Shown here: piece after piece, positions 24,035 through 36,400 of the stretch
How positions within the stretch are numbered: the stretch's first letter is position 1
How the letters are laid out: each line of letters starts with the position of its first letter
Source: Tricharina praecox
Lineage: Eukaryota
Length of the DNA: 64,000 nt
Assembly: GCF_024521635.1 (NCBI RefSeq)
Contig: NW_026250417.1
Location: 124,001-188,000 of the forward strand
Direction of reading: 5' to 3'
Notes under the pieces: model-generated
The model's database searches: none
What the model was told of the DNA's origin: nothing
The model's input: only the letters and a program-made list of their open reading frames with translations
Translations under genes and position numbers: made by a program

Positions 24035-27000
24035 TCAATGGAACTCCACCTGGGGAACCACCTCGCTAACCGCCTCGGGAACCACCTCGGGAACCACCTC
24101 GGGAACCACCTGGGGCACGACCTGGGGCACGACCTGGGGAGCCTGTTCCATGAACACAGCCAGAGTCTTCTCCTTCACCCCCTCGGTGGGCTTGCGCTCC
24201 CACAAGCCACCCTGATCGTGCTCGCCCTTGACACTGTCGTAGGACTCAACGTTAATGAAACGGATACCGAGACACATCTCGGAGCAGACTTCATCCAGTC
24301 CCTTCAGCGCATTGATGCAGAGCGCGTGGTGCGCAGGAAGGAGCGAAGTGATGTAGTCAATGACCAACTGCTTCTCAGGCGAACAGGATGGAGGAGCATC
24401 GGGGTCGGTGGGAATAGCGGGCTCAGAAGGAGCCGTATCTCCAACAGGGGCGGCAGATCCATTGGAAGTAAATCCAACAGGCGGGGTAGATCCATTGGAA
24501 GCAGATCCATTGAAGGCAGATCCATTGAAGGCAGATCCATTGAAGGCAGATCCATTGAAGGCAGATCCATTGAAGGCAGATCCATTGAAAGCAGATCCAT
24601 TGGAAGCATATCCATTGAAAGCAGATCCATTGGAAGGATATCCATTGAAAGCAGATCCATTGGAAGCATATCCATTGAAAGCAGATCCATTGGAAGCAGA
24701 TCCATTGGAAGCAGATCCATTGGAAGCATATCCATTGAAAGCAGATCCATTGGAAGCAGATCCATTGAAAGCAGATCCATTGGAAGCATATCCATTGAAA
24801 GCAGATCCATTGGAAGCAAATCCATTGGAAGCAAATCCAACGGGGGCGGTAGACCCATTGGAAGCAGATCCATTGAAAGTAGATCCATTGGAAATAAGGG
24901 GCCCATGGACAGCAGCAAAGGCAGCGAAGTCGGCGTTCTCCTTCTTCTTCTGACCCGCCATTCCCTTCTCATCGTTCGTGATCGTAACCGCAGCCGTAGC
25001 CGTAACAAGCTCCACAACCTTTCCATTTCCATTTCCCTTGGCCTTGACCTTGGCCTTGCCTTTCTTCTTCTTCTTCTTATCAAGCTCGCTCTCAAGGGAC
25101 GGGATGCCCTCCATGGCAGCCCTAAAGTTCGGCAGCCTGAAGAAAATGCGTTCGCGGCGGACCTGTCCAACGATGTTGATGATCTCCCAAGCGAGTTCCG
25201 TCAGGAAGAGTGCATTGCTGAGGCCAGCCAACTCCAGGAACACGGCGTAGTGCTTGTTCTCATCTTGCCACTTCGTGGGGCGGGATCCAATGAGCCTCTC
25301 GGTAATGTGATTGCGTGGAATTCGAGGACGGACGACGATTTTGACGTTCTCGCCATTGTTGCTGGTGATAGTGGGAGTGGTCTTGAGCTCTTTGGCGCGG
25401 GATCCGAGTTCGGGCGCGGAGTCGCCTCGGAGCCTGAGGTGAAGGTTGACGCGGCACTGCGCACAGTCGGCTTCGTAATAGTCACATAAGCCGACAGGGT
25501 TGACGTTCGGGACGTGTGAGCGCTTCGGGCCTTTGGAGCCTTTGGAGCCTTTGGGGCCTTTGAAGACTTTGGAGCCTTTGGGGGGACGCTGAGGCGCCTC
25601 GCAGTCAATGAGCCAGCCGAGGAGCGAGAAAAGCTTGTGAGGGTCGTCGGAGAGTTGCTGGGGGTGCGACTCGGGCGACCATTCGCCGCGCCAGTGGAGA
25701 GGAAAGGTCTGCACTGCACCGTTCTCCGTCTTGCCCATAGATATCTTGTATGGCGGTGGAAGGTCCGGAACGACTGAATGGGAAAAGCTGTCAGCAAGTG
25801 CGAGTGAGAGATAGTGGCACGGATGGACTCACAATTGCAACGCACCAGTTTCCTGGGCGTCATGTTCCACTGCTTAAGCCACTCCGTGACTCCCTCGCAG
25901 GCCTTTAGCTGCACTGGATCGTCCCTGGTGTACATGTTCGAAAGTGCCATCGTCACCACCGCGTATCTGTTGCCATCCGAAATCGCCATCCAATCGTGCT
26001 CAAAGAGCTCCTTCAAGTGCTTGTCGTATTGACACCTCAAGTGGGTTTGGCGGACGACAACATGGTCGTGGGTCCTCTGGACATGCTCGCCCAGAAACTC
26101 CGAGCAAAAGAAGCTCCGGACACACTCTGGGATCACCGGGTACCACTTCGGAGGGGCACACACAGCCGGGAACGACAGGTTCATCTTGAACGGATCCAAG
26201 ATCTCCTCCGACGTCCACTCACGCTCCACACATCCATCCTCGATGCCGGTGGGCTCCGCCTCGGAGCCAACGACACCAATCCCCGCGATATCCTCGATGG
26301 TGATGCCCAAAGCCCTCTCGAACCATCTAATCGTAGACGCCATCAACAGTGCGTCCTTCGGCGGACGGGGAGAGCCAGGACACGGCTTATGCTGGCCGCT
26401 CACGATGGCAGCAACATTCGCCGTGATGGCGAACTCCCAGACGCTGGCCATGGCCCACTCGCACTTCTCGACGTCGTCAGTCGCACGGTCAAACCGCTGG
26501 GCCCGCGTAGAGCCCTCGCTCTTGCTGCCGACCAGAACGGTGGACACAAAGCGCTCAGCGGCTGCAGTCTTTGTGAGAAGACGCAGACTGCTGGCTTTGT
26601 TGAACACCTCGTCGAAAGGGACGTCGTAAAGGAGGTTGAGTTTGTGTGACTTGTTGAGAGAGAACAGCGGGATACCTACCTCCCCGGGGAAGACAACCGG
26701 GAACTTATTGCCCAGTCTGGCGATCTCCGGAAGGAGCAGCTTCTCCATGCGGACGAGGGGCTGCGAGATCAGCAGCAGAACATCAACGATGGGATCAGCA
26801 GAAGAGGCGGGGTATGATCACTTACCGAGTTCTTCATGTTCTCGTTGTCGTTGTCTTTGATGGAGGAGTTGTTGTTTGCGGGAGTCGTAAGTTTCGAGGG
26901 CTGCGAGGAAGAGGGAGGAAGAGGGGGAGCAGGAGGGGCATCATCGATGTTGAAGCCCGCCTTAACTAGGCGCTGCAAAGCTCGGCGACGCTTCTGATTG

Positions 27001-27050
27001 CTTCCGGCGGGCATGAATGCGGGCACGGCGGGGATCTTAGATGAAGACAT
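24035..27050 (-). CDS. Hypothetical 963-aa protein of no recognised family, with an NGS(A/F) pentapeptide array
   Basis: Exons 27050-26826, 26760-25833 and 25773-24035 (2892 nt) join three ORFs in frame through GTAAGT and GTGAGT donors with GCTGAT and GCTGAC branch sites. Confidence 0.75.
24455..24895 (-). repeat. 15-bp coding minisatellite (NGSAS/NGSAF/NGYAS)
   Basis: More than 20 near-identical (gca)gatccattg(g/a)a units. Confidence 0.95.
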
Positions 27051-27299
27051 GATGCGCAAGAGTGAATATGGTCCGCGTAACACTCGGCACACAGGTGCGG
27101 TTGTGCGAGTGTTGCGCGAGGGTTGGGTGAGATGTCTTGAAGGGTGAGTTGTTAGATGAAGGGTGAATTGAGAATCATGGATGTTTCTTTCAGTGTGACG
27201 AGGGTGACGAGTGAGATGCTATGCGGCCAGCTACCAAATGGCTCGTTGAGGTCACTGAAAATGTAGCTATTCGTCACGGTAGAACGGATTATAGCTACA

Positions 27300-27621
27300 A
27301 CGGCCATTCACTCTCGTCTAGCTGGTCCACTTCTATTGAAATCTACGAGTTGATACATTTTACAGGTTTTGCGGTGTTTGCGTGAGCTGTCTCAAAACGG
27401 AGCTGCACATGAAGTCAATCGCTTCTGGTTGGGTACATTGTGTACTTGGTGGAACAGTACGCTGAGCCACCCTATGCGTCACTAATTCTCATTAGCATTC
27501 ACTCATCGACCATTACCACTGCCCGCCTTCATCCCCGCCCGCCCGCTCGACCATTCGGCTTTACCACGCTCACCACCCTTATCAAGCCCGCAGCCACAGT
27601 CCCTAGTTAAACTGCCAAATA
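27300..27621 (-). pseudogene. Decayed tandem duplicate of the ATG10 3' end plus its 3' flank
   Basis: 27621-27568 translates to YLAV*LGTVAAGLIRVVS versus the ATG10 C-terminus YLAVWLATVAGGLVGVVK. The flank 27300-27535 aligns to 27624-27865 at an offset of ~322-330. Confidence 0.8.
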
Positions 27622-27887
27622 AGCGGCCATTCATTCTGCTCGACTGTGCCCAGTTATATCAAAATCAGCAAGTGGTGCATTTTACAGGTTTTGCAGTGTT
27701 TGCCTGAGGTGACTCAAAACGGAGGTGCACATGAGATCAATCGCTTCTGGCTGGGTGTATAATACTCTACTCGGTGAAACAGTAGCTAAGCCACCTTAGG
27801 CGCCACAATTACCTAGTCACATTCACATTGAATCATCGACCATTACCACTGCGAGCCTTCATCACCGCCACCAATTCTCATTCACAT

Positions 27888-28677
27888 TCACTCATCGACT
27901 TTCACCACCCCTACCAACCCCCCCGCCACAGTCGCCAACCAAACAGCCAAATAGCCCATCCCCCTAGCCCCGCCCCCGCCTTCCCCCTCGTCTTCCCCAC
28001 CCCCGCCTTCCCCGTCCCTTCCCACCCGCCCCACCATTTCCTCCGCCGTCCAACACGGATGGACGAACCACCACGCCTCACCAGTAAGCAAATGCTCGCC
28101 CTGCCCGACCGCTCCAGCCGCGAACCCCAACTCCTCCAGTGCCGCCGCGGAAGTGCTCGCAGGCGGTGTGAAGTACAGCACTGGCACGCGGTAGTTGGGG
28201 GAGTAGAGGATGTTGTAGAGGACTGCTACCTGCTGTGGCCGGGCGCGGAGAGCGGTGGAGGGGAGGGATTCCGAGTCGTCTTCCTCCAGCTCCGCCTCCT
28301 CGTCTGGCTCCCCGTCCTCTACGCCAACGAGAGATCCCGCAGCCGCAGCCACAGGCGCAGGCAAGTACCGCCGCAACTGTAGGAACGTATCGACACGCTC
28401 ACCCTACCCCCACCAACCCATTACTACACTGCTACTTTTACCCCCCCCCCTCTCCCCAGCATGCCATGTAGGTTAAGTGAGTACTTACGAACCCCGCCCC
28501 CCTCTCCCTCAACACCCACTCCCCAACGTCATATCTATACCCCTTCTTGGCGAGCCACTCCTGCGTTCTGACGAAGTCGCCGCACACCGCGCGGAACTCC
28601 GCAGCTGTGAGGAAGGGGTAGTCGCTTATTGCCGTTGCTGGTGGGGGTGCTGGTGGTGGTGGAGGTGGTGGTGGCAT
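27888..28677 (-). CDS. ATG10: Autophagy E2-like conjugating enzyme Atg10
   Basis: YPFLT..EF N-terminus, YNILYSPNYRVPVLYF and GEH..TGEAWWFVHPCWT (catalytic HPC). Exons 28677-28489 and 28403-27888. Confidence 0.9.
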
Positions 28678-30203
28678 GGGGTGCGGTTGTGGGAGGGGGT
28701 GACGTGGTGGCTTGGCCAAGATGCGCGCGTGTATGTAAATTGGAAATGCGCAGAGTAAACGGAATGGATGGTGGATGCATTGGCATGGGGGATCACTCGT
28801 GGAATGCATCACTCGGATGAATCATGAATCATGAGTGCGGATTTCGGACGTGATGTCTCAATTCCAAGAGTTCAAGACCGTGGCACGAGACGAATGTAGA
28901 CTCATCGGACCCATTCAGTCCCATCAGACTCCAGCGCCCCAACAAGCAGCCATTACATAGGTAGATAATAGATACCAACGGGATGTTTCAATTTCTACCA
29001 GAGCCCACGTCATATCATCGACATCGACATCACATACACGGTACACCCAACCCACCCATCCCACCCATCCCACCCAGTACTGATCTCAGCCCACACAGTG
29101 TCCAATGTCCATCTTCATACCATCCATCCATCCGTCCCATCCAATGTGGTTCTCATGAAGTAAAAGTAGTGGTAGCATCTAAGGTACCTATATGACAATG
29201 GACACAATAGACAATAAACAACAAACAGTATGCATACGACCAAACGACCAAACGACCAAACCAAACGAGAAAAAAAATAAGCAACAAACGCCTCCTTCCT
29301 ATCCTTCCTATCCTCCCTCCATCGTTTCCTCCTCCCCCCTCCATCGTTTCCTCCTCCCCACATTGCACATACATTTGATTCAAACCCTCAACCAAAAGAA
29401 CGAATGAAAGAGCAACAGGAAGAAAAGAAAGAAAAGAAAAGAGAAAAAAGAAGGAAAACAGACAGACAGCTCATCCAGTGAGCGAAAGCAAAAAAACCAA
29501 GGTCAAAACCAAACCCCACCCCATCCCCCAACCAAAGCTAAAAACCAAACGCAAACGAGACCAGTTAAAATCCAACAGAAACGCACACACGCATGCAGAA
29601 CAATCAGATCGAACCCGCAAAAAAACAAAAACAAAAACATCAAGAGCAAGTGAGTAAAAATAGTAGCTAAACAAATAAAAAAAACGCCAGAATCCTGCAC
29701 ACCTTCATTTGTCCGTCCGTTCCCTCCCACGGATCCCTCCCTGTGCATACGTCTCTCGTCGTATCAGTTGAAACCCAAATGCAATCCCCCTCCAATCCAA
29801 ACCAAAAAGCAAAACCCTCATCGCCAACTGAAAAAGCAAACACAAAAACAGCAGAAAATCAAAAAGTAATCCCGAAATCAGCACTCCCTTAAAAATAACC
29901 CCCCACCCCAAGAGCGCCATAGCATAACCATGATGGTGATATGTTGATGATCGTAACATCTTCCCTCTAGTAGCAGGTTCGAAAAGAACAATGCGAGATC
30001 CGAGCCAAGTAGTAACCCGTCGTAGCGGGGGAAAAGAGAGGAAACCGCAATAAGAATATAGCTGTACTGTGCAGTGTATTGTATCTTGTACCGCTGTGTC
30101 TCATAAAAAAATGGAGCAGGGGGAAAAAAAACCGCACCATATGCCCGCTAAATAGTGATGATGCTGCCGCTGACGATGGTGATGATGCATGGTAACCAAA
30201 AAG

Positions 30204-33200
30204 TTAACGATGGCTAGGAACCGGCGATGAAGAAGTGAGACCCGGAGATGGCGAGAAATGGCGGAGATGAGGCGATCCATGGGCGGAGTTTATCGGTGAT
30301 CGACGAGCCAGTCCATCCATCTTCTTCCTTATCGCGTTGAGCCGTTGTCGAATGTTGACGAGGACTATACAGCAAGTCAGTTTCTATTATTTCGAACAGG
30401 AGAGGAGAGTGGAGTTGGCAACGTACACTTCTCAATGAGCTTCTTGTCATCATCATCCAGATTCATCTCATCGTCGTCACGCTTCTCGAGCATGGCTTCC
30501 AAAAGACGTAACGACGTGACATATGCGACTTCGCATCCGGGCAGATCATCGCCAACCAGCTCGTTAACGGCCGCCGCTCTGCTCATCTCCAAAGCCCGAT
30601 CGTACATGAGCTTTTCGGCCGTCACACCCGTTGTGAGCATGAAGTTGCCGTCGGTGGAGCCATGGGTCACATCACTGTTGTAGTTGCTCGGGTGGCTCGG
30701 GTGACCGAGTGGAAGATCCTTCTGCGCCTCGATGATCTTCTCTTGCACAATCTGTGCCTTCTCCAGTACTTCGTTGTATCGCTCACGAATCCATTGGACC
30801 ACGCTATTCATGCGGGTGCTGGCGGCCGTACGTGCAGCTGAGACTGGCTTGCCGTGCTGATTCGTTGTAGCCCACCATACATGTGCGACGTCGGTGGCCT
30901 TCGACAGTAGCGATAAAACCTTGACGAAGAGCACCATGCATTCCTCTGCAGCTAAGATGGTGGCGTCCGGGGTAAGCTCGAAGCTGTTTTGGCCATCGGA
31001 AGGCTCCAGCTGCACGCCGCCGGTCGCTAGCAGTCCCAGGCCTTGAGGTTGTGGTCCGGTCGAAGGCATCAGCTGCGCATATTTGACCTCCGCAAAGTTG
31101 TACACCACATCGCTTCGGCTGGCACTGTCCTCGATGGTATGTAGCGCCACTGCGTCCTCCTCGATCAGGTTACCACCGTTCCCGACCACAACCAAACTAC
31201 CGGGCCCGGGGTAAGGCGGAAACGGCGAGGCCATATTCGGCGGGCTGTGGTTCGGGGGTGATAGGCCCACGCCGAATAGCCGCATGTTTGCAATCTCCAA
31301 CGCTTTCGCGAGGGCCGACTTTGCCGAGGCACCAGGCGACGATCCGTACTTTCTCTCGTAAGAACCCATGGGATGGACGTATTCGCCAGAACGCCCGGGC
31401 GCCTGTCGAGGGGATGATCGCTGGGTCCCACCGGAGCTCAACCTCCGTACCAAGGCATTAGCGGAAGGAGGTGTCACTCCTCCGCGTCTCGCTGTAGCAA
31501 GTTCGTCGGCAAATGCATTGACTTGGACCTGGTGCTTGTCCACAATCACGTAGTCTTCGTCCGAATTCCGAAGCTCCCGGCTGTTGTTGCCACGCTTGTG
31601 AGTCATACGGCGAGACGGTTCTCTCTCGCGTTGCTGTTGCTCTCGTTCGGCCTCGCGATGTTGCATCATCAACGATGTGCCTGGCGATGGATTCGACTCT
31701 CTGCTGTGTATCCGTTCCATCGCTGCACCGCGTCGCTGAAGGACCAAATCTTCCCGAGCCGGAGCTGTAGCGTGTGCAGCAATCCCAGGCCTTGTGAGAA
31801 GTGGTGATTGCGGCCTCCCCGACTGCGTTGTATACCTTCGAATTTCGGCAGGCCGTTCTGGTGGCGTGTTCATTGCGGGTACGGGACTGGGGGTGTGGGT
31901 CGCGAATGGCAGGACCGAGTTCTCGAAGGTCGACACTGGTCTCGAAGGTCGTGGCGAGGACGACAATGCATCCCGGAAATTTCTCTCTTCCCGCTCGACC
32001 CCCAAAGCTCGTTGGTCCGCCACGATCCTCCTGTACGATGACGATCTCCGGATCTCCTGCGCCTCCACGCGTGCAATAGAGTCTGCACGGGGCTTCTCGG
32101 GAGGAGGAGTAGGAGTAGTCGCGGGTGTCTCTCGTGCCTCCGCCAATATTACTGGATGCCCAAAGAATTCTTCGAACGACATCCTCTCTACAGGATTCCT
32201 CTTCAACAATGCCTTCACAAGACCCCTGAGCTCATCACTCGAAACGCAAGACTGGGGGAAATCGATTTTATCGTTCTTCGTCTGTATCTTCCTGAGAAGA
32301 TCCACGTGGTTCGGGGCTCTGAAAGGAGGCCGTCCAGCCATCATCTCGTAGAGAACAGTTCCTACCGACCAGAGATCTGCGGTGGCGTCGTACTTTTCGT
32401 AGCTCAGGATCTCGGGCGCCATGTAGAGTGGCGAGCCGCACAACGTCTCAGCCATAGCAGTCGAGGGCAGCACGCGTGCGAACCCAAAGTCGGCAAGCTT
32501 GAGCACCGGTAACGAGCGGAGTCCAACCAGCATGCGTGACCCCTCCATGTCGCTCTCCTCGCCGTGCTCCGCCACATAGTCTGGTGATGGGTTGAGTAGT
32601 AGGTTTTGCGGCTTGACGTCTCTATGTACCAGTCCATCCTTCCGCAAGAACTCAAGAGCACTAGCGAGCTGCTTGACAAAGTGTCTCACCAATACCTCGT
32701 GCAGACCGCCACCTGGTGGTGATGGGTAGTCGCGTGCCACGGGCTCCAGACACGGGTGGACGGACGCCATACGATCACGCTTCTTGATCAAAATCGAGAG
32801 GTCGCCAACGGAGCAGTACTCCATGATGAGGTGAATGAACTTGTCCGACTTCTTGCAGTCGGTTAGGGCGACGATGTGGGGATGGTTCAGCTTCTTGAGG
32901 ATTTGTATCTCGGATTCGAGGTTCTCGAGGAGCTTCCGACTAAGCTTCGATCGTTGCACCATCTTGACCGCTGCAAGCGACTTGTTCTTCTAGAGATCAC
33001 GACGTGTCAGAATCGATCGAAACAAAGATCCAATGAAGCTCCAGGGAAGCTATTCCGACGACCCAGAGGACATAGCAGCGAACAAGTGGCAAGGCGGGAA
33101 ACTGTCGATAGCTACCCCCCCCCCCCCCGTCGCCGGGCGATAGCTACCTGCAGTTCCAAAGTACATGCCAATATCGCCTATCGTCCAATCGCCCGCTTTC

Positions 33201-33415
33201 ATCGTAGCCCTCCCCTTCCCCCCTCCCCCCAAGATGCAAAAAAGCAGCCAACAAAGCAAAGTGGCGGGGTGGAATGGGAAGCTCACTGTGTGATGTCCTT
33301 TGTAAACCGTCGCAAAGGAACCCCTCCCAATCTCGCTGCCTATTCTGTAGTGACCCACAACCAAGTCATTCTGGACTGGACCTCCATTGTTGCCTCCACT
33401 TGGCCGCGCCGCCAT
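30204..33415 (-). CDS. ATG1: Autophagy Ser/Thr kinase Atg1
   Basis: IGRGSFATVYKG, LLENLESEIQILK, VHRDVKPQNLLL, LKLADFGFAR..MAETLCGSPLYMAPEIL, DYVIV AIM-like motif and C-terminal MIT region TAEKLMYDRALEMSRAAAVNEL. Three exons. Confidence 0.96.
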
Positions 33416-36400
33416 GACGTCGAAATCCTCAGATAGTGACCAGAGGGTGTAGGTGAATGGAACAGCGACTCAATACAAGCGAAATTGGGTGTAAAGCTAC
33501 TTCCTCCGCTAGCTCCGCGTTCGTCGATGTCGAGTGAAGAGGGCGGTGTAAAGGAGCATACGATGGGATCAATTAGTAGTGGTGATTGTGAAAGGCGTGG
33601 ATGAGGGATGGGTATTGGTTTAGGTTTGGGGGATGGGGGTGCTAGAGGTAGAAGTGGTTGTTGTGGTTGTGGTTGTTGTGGTTGTGGTAATGGTGGTGGT
33701 GGTGGTGGTGGTGGTGGTAACTGTAATTGTATGGGAAGTTGGGGGGGATGGGCTGGGGAGAGCAGGAGGATCAGTGAATGGTATTCCTAGAAGAGTGTGA
33801 TAGTCGGGGGAGTGACGAGTTGTTGTCGTTGTTGCTCTACTGCAGCGAAGCTAGCTTCGAACAACCGATAGAGCTTCAAAGTTTGAGGGGGGGAGGGAGG
33901 GTGAGTGAGTGGGAGTGTGAGTGGGAGTGTGAGTGGGAGTGTGAGTGGGAGTGTGGGAGGTTGCCTCGGACGGGAACAGATGCAGCACCTTGTAGGTATG
34001 TGGGTAGTGGGAGGATACCGAAGGGAGTGGTGGTGGAGGAGGAGGAGGTGGTGGAGGTGGTAGTATGCAGATCCGAGCGAGACAGATAGCGGTTCGTAGA
34101 TAGCGGACAGCCGCCGGCAGGGCACTATGGTTAGAGGGGCGAGAGTCTCGTACTGGCAGGCGAGGCAGTGGAGGCGGCGATGGGGGCGGGCGGGTTGGTG
34201 GTGGTGGTGATGGCAGCAGTGGTGGGCGGGAGGCGCGAACAGTGAACTGTGGCGGCCGTGGTGGAGATGATTGCTATGTGAGGAGTAGTTGTGGTGGATG
34301 CAGAGTACTGGCAGGTAGGCAGAGTAGGTATCTCTAGTCCCTCCAGGTAGATATCAAGCTTCAGGTGACTCACTTTGGAGAGCGCGCGAGAGCAACGTTG
34401 AAGGTGGAGAGACGTGAAACAGGACAAGAAGAGTCGGGAAGAGGAAGAGCGAGAAGAAAACAATACGATTACTGTGATCGGGTATATTCCACCGCCCGCC
34501 CGACTAAGCCATTCCTTAATTTCGGCACGTTTTCAGTCGCATCGCCAACTTCTCTCGTCGCCGGTGCTTCGTTCTGTTGTGTCGGTGATCGCAAAAAGAG
34601 GCAAAAGGAACGTTCCGCACTAAGCAACCAACCACTAACGACTGCTGCTGCCATGCCAGGCGCTCTCTCCAGTACCGGTCTCCATGCCGCCGCCATCATC
34701 CCCCAGGATGCGAGGGTGTGCAGCGGTGTGCAGTGCACATGTACCGCAGATACCTATGCTAAGTACATACCTGGAGTCCAGCACTCTACTCGAGAACCAT
34801 ACACTGCCGTCTCCGGCGGCCAGGATTCACGCAGCGCAGTCATTCACCCAGACGGTCCGTCGGCCAGTTCGTCAGTCATTCCTTCAGTTCGTCAGTCATT
34901 CCGTCAGTTCGTCAGTTACTCCGTCAGTCAGTACTTCGGTCAGTCCGTCATTCATCGGAGGCGGTCCGCCAGTCGTTCAGCTGGATGGATGACTGGCTGG
35001 ATGGCTGGCTGGCACATGTGGACGGCCATGTCGGATGCGGTCTCTTGATGCTTGCAGCCAGCCAGCCGGCCGCCATCCATCCACCCATGTATCTGTATCG
35101 TCAAGGAATGCCAGGGTCTCCTTCTGCCTCCGCGAGCAGAGTGTGATGGTGAGCGTGGTGACCGTGATGGCGTTGGACTGTGCTAACCAACACCGGTCAA
35201 GTGTACTCTACCTACTCTACGGTGTGCCTATGAGATCACACAGCCCAAGATATCCCCATACCCCCCGGTAATCTCGAACGCGTGCACGCCCACTACCTAC
35301 ACGCCCACGCCCACCCCCCCAGCCCACCTCCATGACCACCTGCCCCCGAAAAGAGGTCCCCCCAGCATTGGCCTCAGGTGTGTGAATACTTACAGGTATC
35401 TAGCCGGAAGGCCAGCTGTCGGCGGAGGCAGATGACATGGCGGAAGGAGAAGAGAAGGCTATTTGCCAATGCGAAGATGGAGATGGGGGGAGCACAGCTC
35501 CTTCTTTTTTCCCGCAAAAGAAACTTTCGACTTTCTGCCTCTTTTGTCCGCCCTCTGTGGGAGTGGGTACTCTAGAGTTGGTACTGAGCCTTTTACAGGA
35601 ACAACAACACAACAGCAGCAGGCTCAGGAAGACGGGCGAGTCGGCGACACTGCAGTTGTTCCTCAGCCTCGATTCATAGGTATCCAGATGACCGAATGAC
35701 CAGTCGAAATCACGAACAACGACACCACCTCCCTAGCAATCCCCGCGCATCCACTTCCCTCAGACGTCGACGCTGCCAAAACGTGGAGCACATGGTTAGG
35801 TACCTACTCGGTGCTCGTCCATCTCACTGCCACATCCACCGAAGTCGCGTCGAAAGGCTCGCGATTTTCGCCATTCCATTCGTCACTCCGTTCATATCAC
35901 ACCTCGCCCATCCGGGCTCGGCACCGAGCTCAGCACGCAAGCATATCCTACCCTACCTACCCCGGACGACGACCACCAACGAACGGACGGAAAACTGATG
36001 GAACGGGGGAAACCCATCTCCACGTAGGTGCTCCATGTATCTATGTATGTAGCCGCACTCGCTCCATGTATCTATGTATGTAGCCGCACTCGCTGCGGGC
36101 ATGGTTGTCTGGTTGTCTGGCTGGTTGTCTGGCTGGCTGGCGTCGTCCTCCTTCTTCCTTTCTTCTTCCTTTCTTCTTCCTTTCTTCTTTCTTTCCTTCT
36201 TCCCCACTCGCTATCTCCAGCGCCGCGATTCGGTGCTTGCTTGCCTGCCTGCAAATGCCAATGCATGCTGGCGAACCTCTTTGGCAAAAGAGTATCTGGG
36301 TACCGGTACCGGTATCTCTCGTTCGCGTCCGTTCGCTCGTTCGTAGAGTACGTTCGTAGACAAGATAGGCGGATAACATCGATATCTAACCCTCGCAAGG

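Noticed and set aside
24455..24895. Repeat array as a CRISPR-like locus
   Set aside because: Contiguous units with no unique spacers, inside a CDS, in a eukaryotic genome.
24038..25489. 483-aa plus-strand ORF and 288-aa MDLL-repeat alternative frame
   Set aside because: By-products of the stop-free 15-bp minisatellite and antisense codon bias. Only the NGSA frame connects to spliced upstream exons.
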